64,000 bases of DNA from Octopus sinensis (taxonomy: Eukaryota), in assembly GCF_006345805.1 (NCBI RefSeq), contig NC_042998.1:84072001-84136000 (forward strand). Reading direction: 5' to 3'. A program made the translations under genes and the position numbers. The notes beneath the pieces were generated by a model that searched no databases, had not been told where the DNA came from, and saw nothing but the letters and a program-made list of their open reading frames with translations. Below, one piece after another: positions 13,602 to 23,912 of this stretch; within the stretch, counting starts at the first letter, position 1, and each line of letters starts with the position of its first letter.

Positions 13602-15152
13602 TGCAGTGAGAATGAATTTTGAGTAACCAGTAACTTAGTGTAATTTTATTATAAGGTATGGATGACTTAAATTTACTTGAAACCTCCCCGTTCTTTTAAA
13701 CACCTACTAAATATCTAACACGCTTTGTAATTATGAGTGCGTCTAACCTCACGTGTGCGTATGCTCACATTTTTGCTAATGTTTGTATGAGCGTGTGTAC
13801 TCGTGCCATGCTGCTCACCCGAGGGCGTTCTTACACCCATATCGGTTAACTGTTATTTTCAATACTTTTCTCGCTGGATTAAGTGTTCGTTTCTCTTTTT
13901 GTTCTCTGCAATTTTATTTTTGGATCTTCTATATATACGAAGAATTTTCCTCCGTCTGGCTGTTTTTCTCTCTGCAAAACAAAGAGTTGTAATATGGAAC
14001 TGTCATTTTAACGAGACTTTATTTATTTATCACCCGACGAGATACATCCGCACCGCCGGAAGCTCCTGTACCAGTTTTTGTGTGTCCCACAAGAGGAGTC
14101 GATGCTGGATATGTCAAAACACAATACACTAAGACACATAAAATGAACCCATGGCCAAACTCACAAAATCACACTGGACCATACAAGATAAAAACCAAAA
14201 CATATTCACACACATGAAACAAACAAAAGATTTGTAATTTAAATCACTTAATCTTTAGTAAAACAAAATTCAGAAAACATACTCGCAATACCACCCACAA
14301 GGAAACTCATACCAATAAGTGACTCTCAAATTAGCAAGCAACAATGTTTAATTAGTTTAACTGACGTAATTAATAAGCAACATCATATTCTTCCTTATAA
14401 ACAGTCCTTTAAAACTTTCATTCTTAATGAACACAAAATTCAAAACACGTCAAGAAAAGACATTTAATAATGAAATATTATTTGTAGTATGAGACACACC
14501 TCACCTTCTTCACAAATGAAAATTCCTTTAGTTTAACAGATGAATAAACAGAAAACATCACAGCTAATGATAATACATAATAACGGAACAGCAAAACAGA
14601 AATAAATATACAATCATACCCATAACCAACAAAAACAAATATGCAAACATACTCATAACCAACAAAATGCATACATAAACAAATATATCTCTAAAACAGT
14701 CTGACATTAACTACAAATAAAATTCACACCAATGAACTCGTTCTACCACAAACCAACATTTTAAAAGACAAAATGAATCGCATATCCACTATTAATCAAT
14801 GCAATGAACTTGACCAAAAATTAAATAACAGCTTTAATGAAATTAAAAAATAAATCCAGCATATAAACAATTCGATAAAAGTTAGGGGAACAAAATACAA
14901 ATGCCCAAACACGACCCTCACAATAAATTCAAGGAGAGTAAAGAACAATCAACAAAAAGATATCCAATGAAAAATCAAAAAGTAAGAGTAAATCAACAGG
15001 CATAAAAAGTTAATGAACAGATAAAAAAAATGAAAAGAAATAACCCGTCACCCAGTTGTAACAATTCACGCCTGAAGATTGGAGTTGCGTGAAAGGCGAG
15101 TCGTGAGCTAAACATATTTCAGTCTTGTTTGGCACTATTCAACTTTTGGATA

Positions 15153-15204
15153 TACATCTGAAGATGTGAGCGCTTTCTGCATCCACGAAACTTTACGTCA
15201 TGTA
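15153..15204 (+). ncRNA. Minimal type I hammerhead ribozyme motif
   Basis: UACAU-CUGAAGA-U-GUG..CAC-GAAA-C-UUUAC-GU-C-AUGUA; helix I UACAU/AUGUA; GUC triplet, predicted cleavage after 15199. Confidence 0.6.
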
Positions 15205-15235
15205 GTGTCGACCTGTGATTAAATACTTCCAACAG

Positions 15236-15550
15236 ATTTAGTGAAAGAAAAAAGAAAGAAAGATTTAGTGAAAGGAAGGAAGAAACTAAGAAAGGAAGAT
15301 TTAGTGAAAGGAAGGAAGGAAGGAAGAAACAAAGAAAAGAAGATTTATTGAAAGGAAGGAAGGAAGAAACAAAGAAAAGAAGATTTATTGAAAGGAAGGA
15401 AGAAAGAAGAAAATATTTAATAAAAGAAAGATTAAGTGAAAAAAAGAGAGGCAGAAAGATTTAATAATAAAGAAAAGGAAGGGAGAGAGAAAGAGAGAGA
15501 AAAATTTAGTCAAAGAAAGATTTAGTGAAAGAAAGAAAGTAAGATTTAAT
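15236..15550. repeat. Purine-rich minisatellite (~40-bp units with gatttagtgaaaggaaggaag)
   Basis: Direct inspection. Confidence 0.8.
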
Positions 15551-15800
15551 GTAGAAAATAGTTTTCAAAATCCAAATAGCTAGTCAGCATTAATCTTTTT
15601 ATCATTATCGATTAGCATCAATAAAATGTCTGCAGCCAATTGTTTATTCTATTTGTTCCGGCTGTTTATATATTTATTTATGTTTATTTTTAAATACTAC
15701 ATATACAAATACTGTATCGTCTGCTTTTCGTTGAATAAAATAGCAGGAGAGTTATTACTGCGTAACTGCAATAATGAATTCCAGCGGTGTACGAGTTTTA

Positions 15801-15838
<38 letters not shown>

Positions 15839-16524
15839 GTGTGTGTGTGTGTGTCTGTGTGTCTGTGTCTGTGTCTGTGTGTATGTGTGTGTGTGTGTAT
15901 GTGTGTCTGTGTCTGTGTCTGTGTGTGTATGTGAACAAATATTTTTTTAGCAGGACTGAGAAATATTTTAGTATGCAAACGAATTAGCGATAATGCCCTG
16001 TAAGTCTGAAAATATCAAGCTTTCGGCTATTAGTTAGCTAAAAGTGATACAAAGATTGAGAGAGGGAGAAAGACAGACAGACAGACAGACAGACAGAGAA
16101 ACCGAGACAGTCGAAAGCAACATCTAATTACCACAGAAATAAAATATTAACCGTTGATATTGCGTCAAAAGTTCGTTTCATGATCGTGCAATTCCAAGTT
16201 CGCTCCTACTTCACGGCACTTTGAATAAGTCTTCTGACTGAAACTTGATAGAAAGAAACGGAATTGAAGCCATTTCACCCGTGATTCAGAGAAAGTCCAG
16301 CTGCCTTCTCACAGTGTCACGCTGATTCTTCCCGATGATTAGTTATGTCTGTGGAATACTCAGCCACCAATAGATTGAGTAGTAATTCAGTTGATCACAA
16401 AACTCAATACTTGTCGTCGAAACCAACGGAGATCCATCACTTATATTCTGCGAGTGTGATGTGTGTGTGTGTGTGCATGCGAGTGTACCGATCTGACATT
16501 ATGATGTATAACTTTAAAATAAGG

Positions 16525-16860
16525 TTTCAAATTTTTGGCTCAAGGCCAGCAAGGACAGACGAAATGGCAAAAGGCCATGAAGGACGGGCGAAATGCTGCT
16601 AAGCATTTTGCCCGGCGTGCTAACGATTCTGCCAGCATTAATATTCATTTCAAATTTTGGCACAAGGCCAGCAATTTTAGGGGAGTAGGTAAATCGAATA
16701 CATCGACTCCAGTGTTTAAGTGGTACTTATTTTATCGACTTCGATAGGATGAAAGGCAAAGTCGACCTCAGCGGAATTCACATTCAGAACGTAAAGACGG
16801 ACGAAATGCTGCTAAACATTTTTTCCGGTATGCTACCGATTCTGTCAGCTCGCCGCCTTA
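16525..16860 (-). mobile_element. Two tandem SINE family A copies (one partial)
   Basis: aaattttggcacaaggccagc...gaaatgctgctaagcattttgcccgg occurs twice. Confidence 0.8.
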
Positions 16861-16895
16861 AAACATTATCATGTCGTACATATTTACAACTTGCC

Positions 16896-17274
16896 TTTAT
16901 TACCTCCGCCTTGGAGAAGGCGGGAGTATTGTTTTCGGTCGCGTTTGTTTGTTTGATTTTCTGTGGACAAGATATCTCAAGAATCACTGGATGGATTCGG
17001 ATGAAACTTTCAGGGATGTTTGGCCTCGTGACTGGCATGAACTGATTATATTTGGGAATAGATCCGGTACTGGACAAAGATTCTGGATTATTTTTCCGTT
17101 TTTTATTTTACTTCATTTTTGAGAGCGGTCGGGTTCATTTTCAGTATTTTCGTTTGTGAGAGCAGTCGAGTTTATTTCAGGTATTCTCATTTTAAATATC
17201 ATCTCTGGTTAATTGTTGAGAGGACGTATGTGTTGCCTTGGCGGACGTTTGGGCTCTCTGAGTGCTCTTCTATT
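16896..17274 (+). mobile_element. Non-autonomous Helentron (HINE/DINE-like) element
   Basis: Starts ttattacctccgccttgg, ends ccttggcggacgt...ctctctgagtgctcttctatt (subterminal inverted repeats); internal tggatggatt..gatgaaactt and gatccgg motifs typical of this class. Confidence 0.7.
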
Positions 17275-17831
17275 AATATTAATATCATATTGAGAAAATG
17301 TAATGTTAAAAAGTTAGACAAAATGCCCTGGACAATAACTTCAGATCTCTGGTTAAGATACGTCGCAGACTGCTTCGGGGTAGCGATCCTTTTTAGTTAG
17401 GCAAACCCGACAGTTTAGTGACCCATTAAAGTGTAGGGTGACTCTCTCAATGCTGCTCCATTTCATTGGCAAGATTACCACTCATCCCTAATTTTCCTTA
17501 AGAATTGTGATAGTTCACATATAACAGCAAATAGCTACCACGACTTCAACCAAATTTAAACTGTTGAAATCCCTCTACCTGTTTGCTCAAGGAGTCTTGT
17601 TGCTCATAAGAAGTCACTAAACCAGAAATCACAGCATGGAGTGGAATTATATGAGTCAAGCTGCGAACATTTTTAGAGTCGTTTTCTTTAATGTTTCCGT
17701 TCTTTCAGATCAAGTAACAGGGAAAACTCAACAACCTCCGTCACAATTTATCTAGAAAGTCATGGATCGGAGACTAGCGTACCTTTTCAATTACGCGAAA
17801 CATAACTGAGAGGGCTACCCTATATTTTAAG

Positions 17832-17995
17832 CACTAGCGTAGCTAGGGAGCGGTAGGTGCAGTCCGCTCCAGGCGGTACTTTTAAAGGGGTACCACTTTT
17901 AGGTCTGTTGTAGGCAATATGTGTTTTTTTGTGGGGTCCGGGTGCGACAAACGGAAGGGACGCCTCGGGTGGCACGCAATCTATCTACGCAAGTG
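17832..17995. mobile_element. hAT-type MITE (164 bp)
   Basis: 15-bp TIRs cactagcgtagctag / ctatctacgcaagtg (13/15 complementary); flanks attttaag and ttttttaag resemble an 8-bp TSD. Confidence 0.65.
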
Positions 17996-18886
17996 TTTTT
18001 TAAGCGTGTAGTGCCTCACTAAACCAGCCTAAGACATGTCTAAACCGGAGACCTTAAGTATTGTATAATTGGCAGAGTGAAAAGAAAAGAAAAATGCATA
18101 AATACTTATATAAATGTATGTATGTATGTATGTATGTATGTATGTATGTATGTATGTATGCATGCATTTATGTATGTATGTATGTATGTATGTATGTATG
18201 TATGTATGCATGCATGTATGAATGTATGTAACTGTGTATGTATGCATGTATGTATGTATAAATGTATGTTTGTGCGTATATATGTATGTATATATGTATG
18301 TGTGTATATATGTATGTATTAATATTAATAGAAAGGCTTGTCAATTGAAGAATTCTTGATTCGGTGCCAGTTCCCACCAAGCAACTTGTCCACCTTCTCT
18401 AGAAGTGAAGGTGATTTTAATAAATCAAGAATTTATTCATGTATACCCTTATTTAGTATACCCTTATTCGTCTTTGTATGGATAAAATTCATACATTAAT
18501 GGTTAAGATTTTTAAATATAAAATTACATATATGACATTTACGAGAAATAATCCCAGGCAGAAAGAATTTTTCTACCCCTTAATTGACATGAGCTGATTC
18601 CAGACTTTCAATGGGGAAATCGATAAAACGGTCGTCCTGAATGACCGATAAGCGTTTAGATTTCAGTAAAAGAGTCTGTTCGCTCTTTTTTCTTTTCTCA
18701 GTTAGTTACTCTTAATTATATAATCTTCAGTTTTATATTCAATTCTCGTCTTAAGCTTCAATCCGTCGCTTAGCTGAACATCCTCTTACTCGCAAGTTTT
18801 TCAAGACAACTGTGAAAGATTAACAAACTGGATGCTCGTCGTAACCTCAGAGGGAAGCTTTAGCTTCGAGTGAATGCATATACATA

Positions 18887-18929
<43 letters not shown>

Positions 18930-19416
18930 TATATATATATATATATATATACATACATGCACACATACATACATAAATACATGCGTAATTGCAAAGGTAT
19001 GTAATTGAAAGCGCATTCGCTTTTGCGTCTGCATGCATGTATATATGTATCCAAACTACACCAACATGTGTGTGTGTGTGTGTACCGGCGTGTGGAACCA
19101 TTTGTCATCTGTAAATATTTCATTAAAAACATAAAAACGAATCTAATGTCCCTCCAGTTTCCCGGATTCCGTGACGTATATAATACCCATTAGACCGCCG
19201 CTCCGTCACTGGATTGGTCATATTTTGCCAGCTGAATGCAGTGGAACAACATGAAATGAGGATTTACTCAACCAGACATCGCACGGTCCAGGAATCGAAA
19301 CCTCAATCCTATGATCATGAGCGCAACGGCCTAATCACTTAGCCATGCATCACAACCATTAAACATATACATGATGTAAATATACATACATATATATATA
19401 TATAATATATATATAT

Positions 19417-19474
<58 letters not shown>

Positions 19475-20036
19475 GTATATATATATGCATATATATATAC
19501 ATACATACATACATACATACATACATACATACATACATACATACAAATATATGCATATATATGCATATATACATATATTCATACACACATGCACACTTAC
19601 ACATATACATATACGATGCGCTTCCATAGAGTTTTTGTTTCCCAAGTTCACTCACAAGACATTATTCTGCCCCAGCGCTTTAGCAGAGGATACATGCCCA
19701 AAGTGCCGCTCAGTGGAACTGAACACGAATGAAAAATGTCGTTACAAAGCGAGCGTCTTGTCCACACCGCCATGACTGGACCTAAATCTATTACAGCCCA
19801 AACAAGATTGAAGACCTGCTCTCAGATGAAAATCGAAAACGAGAGACTAGTCCATAAATAAATCTAACACACATTTCAACTTGTTTGCCGTTGTCTCTAC
19901 AGAAATGTGAGTAAACACCATTAATGTTTTACATATACCTGTCCCACAAGTCTACGACATGATTAATAGTCATGCCAGTGAGAATAGTTACAATAATATA
20001 TTCATCTCATACATATTGGAGGATAAGTCACTTCCA

Positions 20037-20079
<43 letters not shown>

Positions 20080-20272
20080 AACGTCATCAGCGATGAGGTA
20101 AATATGACAAACTTTTGTGACAGATTGTGAAAGCTCCCAAATGTATAAGCTATTGTAATGTTAGAACGAGACACATTTGTCAATTTTTACGCTTTCACAT
20201 CTGCGAAATAATGTATTCTTCCTGGTTATATATATACATACATACACACACACACACACATATATATATATA

Positions 20273-20317
<45 letters not shown>

Positions 20318-20328
20318 TGTGTGTGTGT

Positions 20329-20367
<39 letters not shown>

Positions 20368-20384
20368 ATATTATGATATGTAGA

Positions 20385-21030
20385 AAAATACAAACTGAGA
20401 CAAGAACGCATAAAAACTTAGAAGACGATACAACAAACACAGACAGGACATTCGAAGCCCTCAGTCTTCAGTCAAGAACCGGATTATCGTAGTAATTTCG
20501 GCTGATTAATCTTGAGATTACTAGAACCGGCCAGCCCTCCAGGAAAAACTAAGCAACGAGCATTAGAAAAACTAAGCTAGGAGCGTAGATTTCCTGGAAG
20601 AAGGATCGAATGCATACGAACACAAGGACAGCAAAACGGACGGTGCCACACGAATATAAAAAACAAAAAACAATAATGAAATACAAAAACGTGAAATACA
20701 AAAGCAATAATGGTAAAAACAGCAAGTGTCTTACGACTAATAACAGTGCAAACAGGTCTGGCTGGCGTATTTTGGAAAAATTGCCTTAGCTGCGAACGAG
20801 GACAACGATGTTGTCACGGCGCTGGTCAGAGGCCGAAAGGTGGATTTTGGCCAGCAGTCACGTGACAGAGAAGAGAGAAAAGAAGGAAGAGAGAGAGAAG
20901 AGGGACGAAAGCAACAAGGGGGAGAATAGAGAGAAAGAAGGAATTAGAGCGGGTAGAAGGAATGGGTGTCAAAGATTGACCTGTGAGTGCAAAGGAAGAC
21001 AAAGAAATGGAAGGGTAGGGGAATATATAT
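20385..21030 (-). mobile_element. PLE-type terminal repeat (older, longer copy of the family at 21727-21830 and 22793-23098)
   Basis: cattcgaagccctcagtcttcagtcaagaaccggattatc...aatttcggctg shared with 22899-22961; polypyrimidine tract on minus strand and microsatellite flanks, like the GIY-YIG-linked terminus at 28141-29342. Confidence 0.5.
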
Positions 21031-21043
21031 ATATATAATATAG

Positions 21044-21079
<36 letters not shown>

Positions 21080-21110
21080 GTGTGTGTGTGTGTGTGTGTG
21101 TATGTATATA

Positions 21111-21159
<49 letters not shown>

Positions 21160-21187
21160 ATATATGTATATATATATATATATATAC

Positions 21188-21726
21188 AGGGCATATGTGA
21201 CTGGAGGCTTCTTTACCATAGCCTCGTGGACATATACTCGTCCTAGGCTCTCTGCTGACGAGGCACGCCAGATGTAAATGAATTTAATTTAATTTAATTA
21301 ATTCATTTGCCAAAGTTTTGCCGAAACTATGCATAGTCCAGAGATGAAAGGGGTAAACGTTTTTATTTCTCTTTCTATTTCAGAATTACAACTATTTAGC
21401 GGTATGAGTTTTGGCTGCTCTTTCTAGTGAGTCGAATGTCCTATATGGCCATTCCTTATATTGTTGAATGTATATTATATAGTCTTTGACTATTTTTTCT
21501 TTCTCACTAGACCGCTGGTAGCGGAAAATTTTTTCTAGAATTTTTTGCTACCCTTATATATTTATTAATTAATGATTTTTTGGCTAATTTTGAAATTAAA
21601 TCAGCAGTTTATATTTGCTGCTGAGTAGACCGCGCGATTGCGGTAAGATTTGAAAATTTAGGGCATATGTGACTGGAGGCTTCTTTACCATAGCCTCGTG
21701 GACATATACTCGTCCTAGGCTCTCTG
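21188..21726 (+). mobile_element. Retrozyme-like element: 472-bp monomer plus 67-bp start of a second copy
   Basis: 21188-21254 identical to 21660-21726; begins right after a (TA)n tract; contains the canonical hammerhead at 21249-21344. Confidence 0.75.
21249..21344 (+). ncRNA. Type I hammerhead ribozyme, fully canonical core
   Basis: Helix I UCUCUG/CAGAGA; CUGACGA; helix II GGCA/UGCC with inserted hairpin GUAAAUGAAUU/AAUUCAUUUGC; GAAA; helix III palindrome ACUAUGCAUAGU; GUC triplet, cleavage after 21338. Confidence 0.85.
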
Positions 21727-21874
21727 GTTCTTGACTGAAGATAAAAGGCTTCGAATGACCCGTCATTGTTTTTTTTTGTATCACCTAGTTGTCCAGATGT
21801 TTTGTGTTCTTGTCCCATTTTGTATTATATATATATATATATATATAATACAAAATGGGACAATATGAACATTT

Positions 21875-22155
21875 CAGAGTGTTTCAGTGTCAATCTGAGG
21901 ACAATGCAATCTGAGGACATGTTCCGAGTGTGATAAAAATCAAACATCCAGACAGCATCATGGCGTTTGGAGTGGTTACTAATGATGGCGACGTTATGTC
22001 TTCATTTATCTCCCCACACAGCCTCAGGCTCAATACTGAGGCTCACATCAAGAGCCCGGAGAAGGTAGTGCTGCCCTGGGTCAAGAGGGTGGATGCTGGA
22101 AGACCCTATGTCTGGCAACAGGATTCTGCACCATGCCACAAAAGCAGGAGAACCC
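21875..22155 (+). pseudogene. DD37D (maT)-like mariner transposase fragment
   Basis: IKIKHPDSIMAFGVVTNDGDVMS...LRLNTEAHIK..EKVVLPWVKRVDAGRPYVWQQDSAPCHKSRRTQ. Confidence 0.8.
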
Positions 22156-22778
22156 AGATATAGCTGCCTGACCCAGCTCTTACAACATTATGACTGGGTG
22201 TTGAGGCAGTTACTCAACAAATCAAATGTGGATGTAATATACATTAATTTTGCAAAAGCTTTTGACAAAATGGATCATTGTATGATATGCCACAAACTGC
22301 GTGATTTCGGCATAGCTGGAAAACCTGGAGAGTGGTTACATGACTTTCTGAAAGATAGAAGTCAGGCAGTAGTGGCTAATGGAGCCACCTCTATGAAAAC
22401 ACAAATAGTGAGCGGTGTTCCACAGGGCACTGTCTTGGGACCACTGCTTTTTATAGTGGTCCTCTCAGATATGCCCTCAAGTGCCCTGATAGCCACCCTT
22501 GCAAGCTGCGCGGAAGTTACGAAAATCTCACAGAAAATACAGAACCCCAGCTATATTGCCCATCTGCAACAGGTGTTGGACTCAATTTACAGATGGGCTG
22601 AGGATAATAATATGCAGTTTAATGCTGAAAAATTCCAAGCCCTGCGCTACCATCGTCCAAAACTGAATATGAAACTTACAGGGTCCACTGGTCCACAGGG
22701 AATTTCAATCCCAGAGCCTAAATCAGTGAGGGATCTGGGTATCGACATGAGTGATAATAGCTCTTCCCAAGTGCACAT
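22155..22778 (+). pseudogene. CR1/L2-type LINE reverse transcriptase fragment
   Basis: VDVIYINFAKAFDKMDH...SGVPQGTVLGPLLFIV...WAEDNNMQFNAEKFQ...VRDLGI; the YADD motif has decayed to CAEV. Confidence 0.85.
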
Positions 22779-22792
22779 TTTACATATATATA

Positions 22793-23098
22793 AAATACAA
22801 AATGGGACAAGAACGCAAAACATCCGGACAACTAAGTGATACAAAAAGGGACAACAAAACATCCAGATAGACGATACAACAAAAAAAAACAAAAAAAAGA
22901 CGGGTCATTCGAAGCCTTTTATCCTCAGTGAAGAACCGGATCATCTTCGCAATTTCGGCTGCAAAATTAATCAGCCGAAATTGCGAGGATGATCCGGTTC
23001 TTGACTGAGGATAAAAGGCTTCGAATGACCCGTCATTGTTTTTTTTTTGTATCACCTAGTTGTCCAGATGTTTTGTGTTCTTGTCCCATTTTGTATTA
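22793..23098. repeat. Large palindrome of PLE-like terminal sequence
   Basis: 63-bp arms 22899-22961 / 22972-23034 (2 mismatches, 10-nt loop) plus outer arms atacaaaatgggacaagaac... / ...gttcttgtcccattttgtat. Confidence 0.9.
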
Positions 23099-23866
23099 TA
23101 TATATATATATATATATATTTAGCAATTAAGGACAACTACTTAATAAGGAAAACTTAACAAGAAATTGTCAGGTAGATAGCGTAAAAACCTCATAAGAGA
23201 AAAAATTTCGAAAATAATTATTCTTATTGAACATATTAATTTATATATAGAGGGCATTATACATACATGCCAGGAGGCATTCTACATACACGCCATACGC
23301 TAAGAGGGACAATCAGTCATTTCTACCAAAAATATTACTAATCCTACCGAATGCAATTTTTCAAAGAAAGACATTTAAAAATATATAGACCTGTATCACA
23401 GTGATTTCATACTACGTAATCATCAGCAGGCCTGAATATACTATAAATAAACAACGACCCTGCTTCGCTTAAGCCGATCAGCTAACTGATCAACATCAAC
23501 GAAGCACATGGGTGAATTTATATATACTATATCCGGATGAATGGCAAACTTTTACGAATTGCATTTCGGGAGAGGAAAAGTTTTTTCGGAATAAAAATTT
23601 AGCAATTAAGGAACACTACTTAATAAGGAAAACTTAACAAGAAATTGTCAGGTAGATAGCGTAAAAACCTCATAAGAGAAAAAATTTCGAAAATAATTAT
23701 TTCTTATTGAACATATTAATTTATATATAGAGGGCATTATACATACATGCCAGGAGGCATTCTACATACACGCCATACGCTAAGAGGGACAATCAGTCAT
23801 TTCTACCAAAAATATTACTAATCCTACCGAATGCAATTTTCAAAGAAAGACATTTAAAAATATATA

Positions 23867-23912
23867 GACCTGTATCACAGTGATTTCATACTTACGTAAT
23901 CATCAGCAGGCC
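23867..23912 (-). ncRNA. Type I hammerhead motif in array monomer (also 23388-23432, 24346-24391, 24826-24871, 25311-25360, 25794-25839, 26269-26314)
   Basis: Reverse complement reads GGCCUG-CUGAUGA-UUAC-GUAA-GUAU-GAAA-UCACUGUGAU-A-CAGGUC. Confidence 0.75.

Noticed and set aside
21727-21770. CUGAAGA-UAAAAGGCUUC-GAAU motif (also 22995-23040 and 20450-20480) as a hammerhead
   Set aside because: GAAU instead of GAAA, no helix II closing at 10.1-11.1 and no helix I partner; treated only as PLE-terminus-like sequence.
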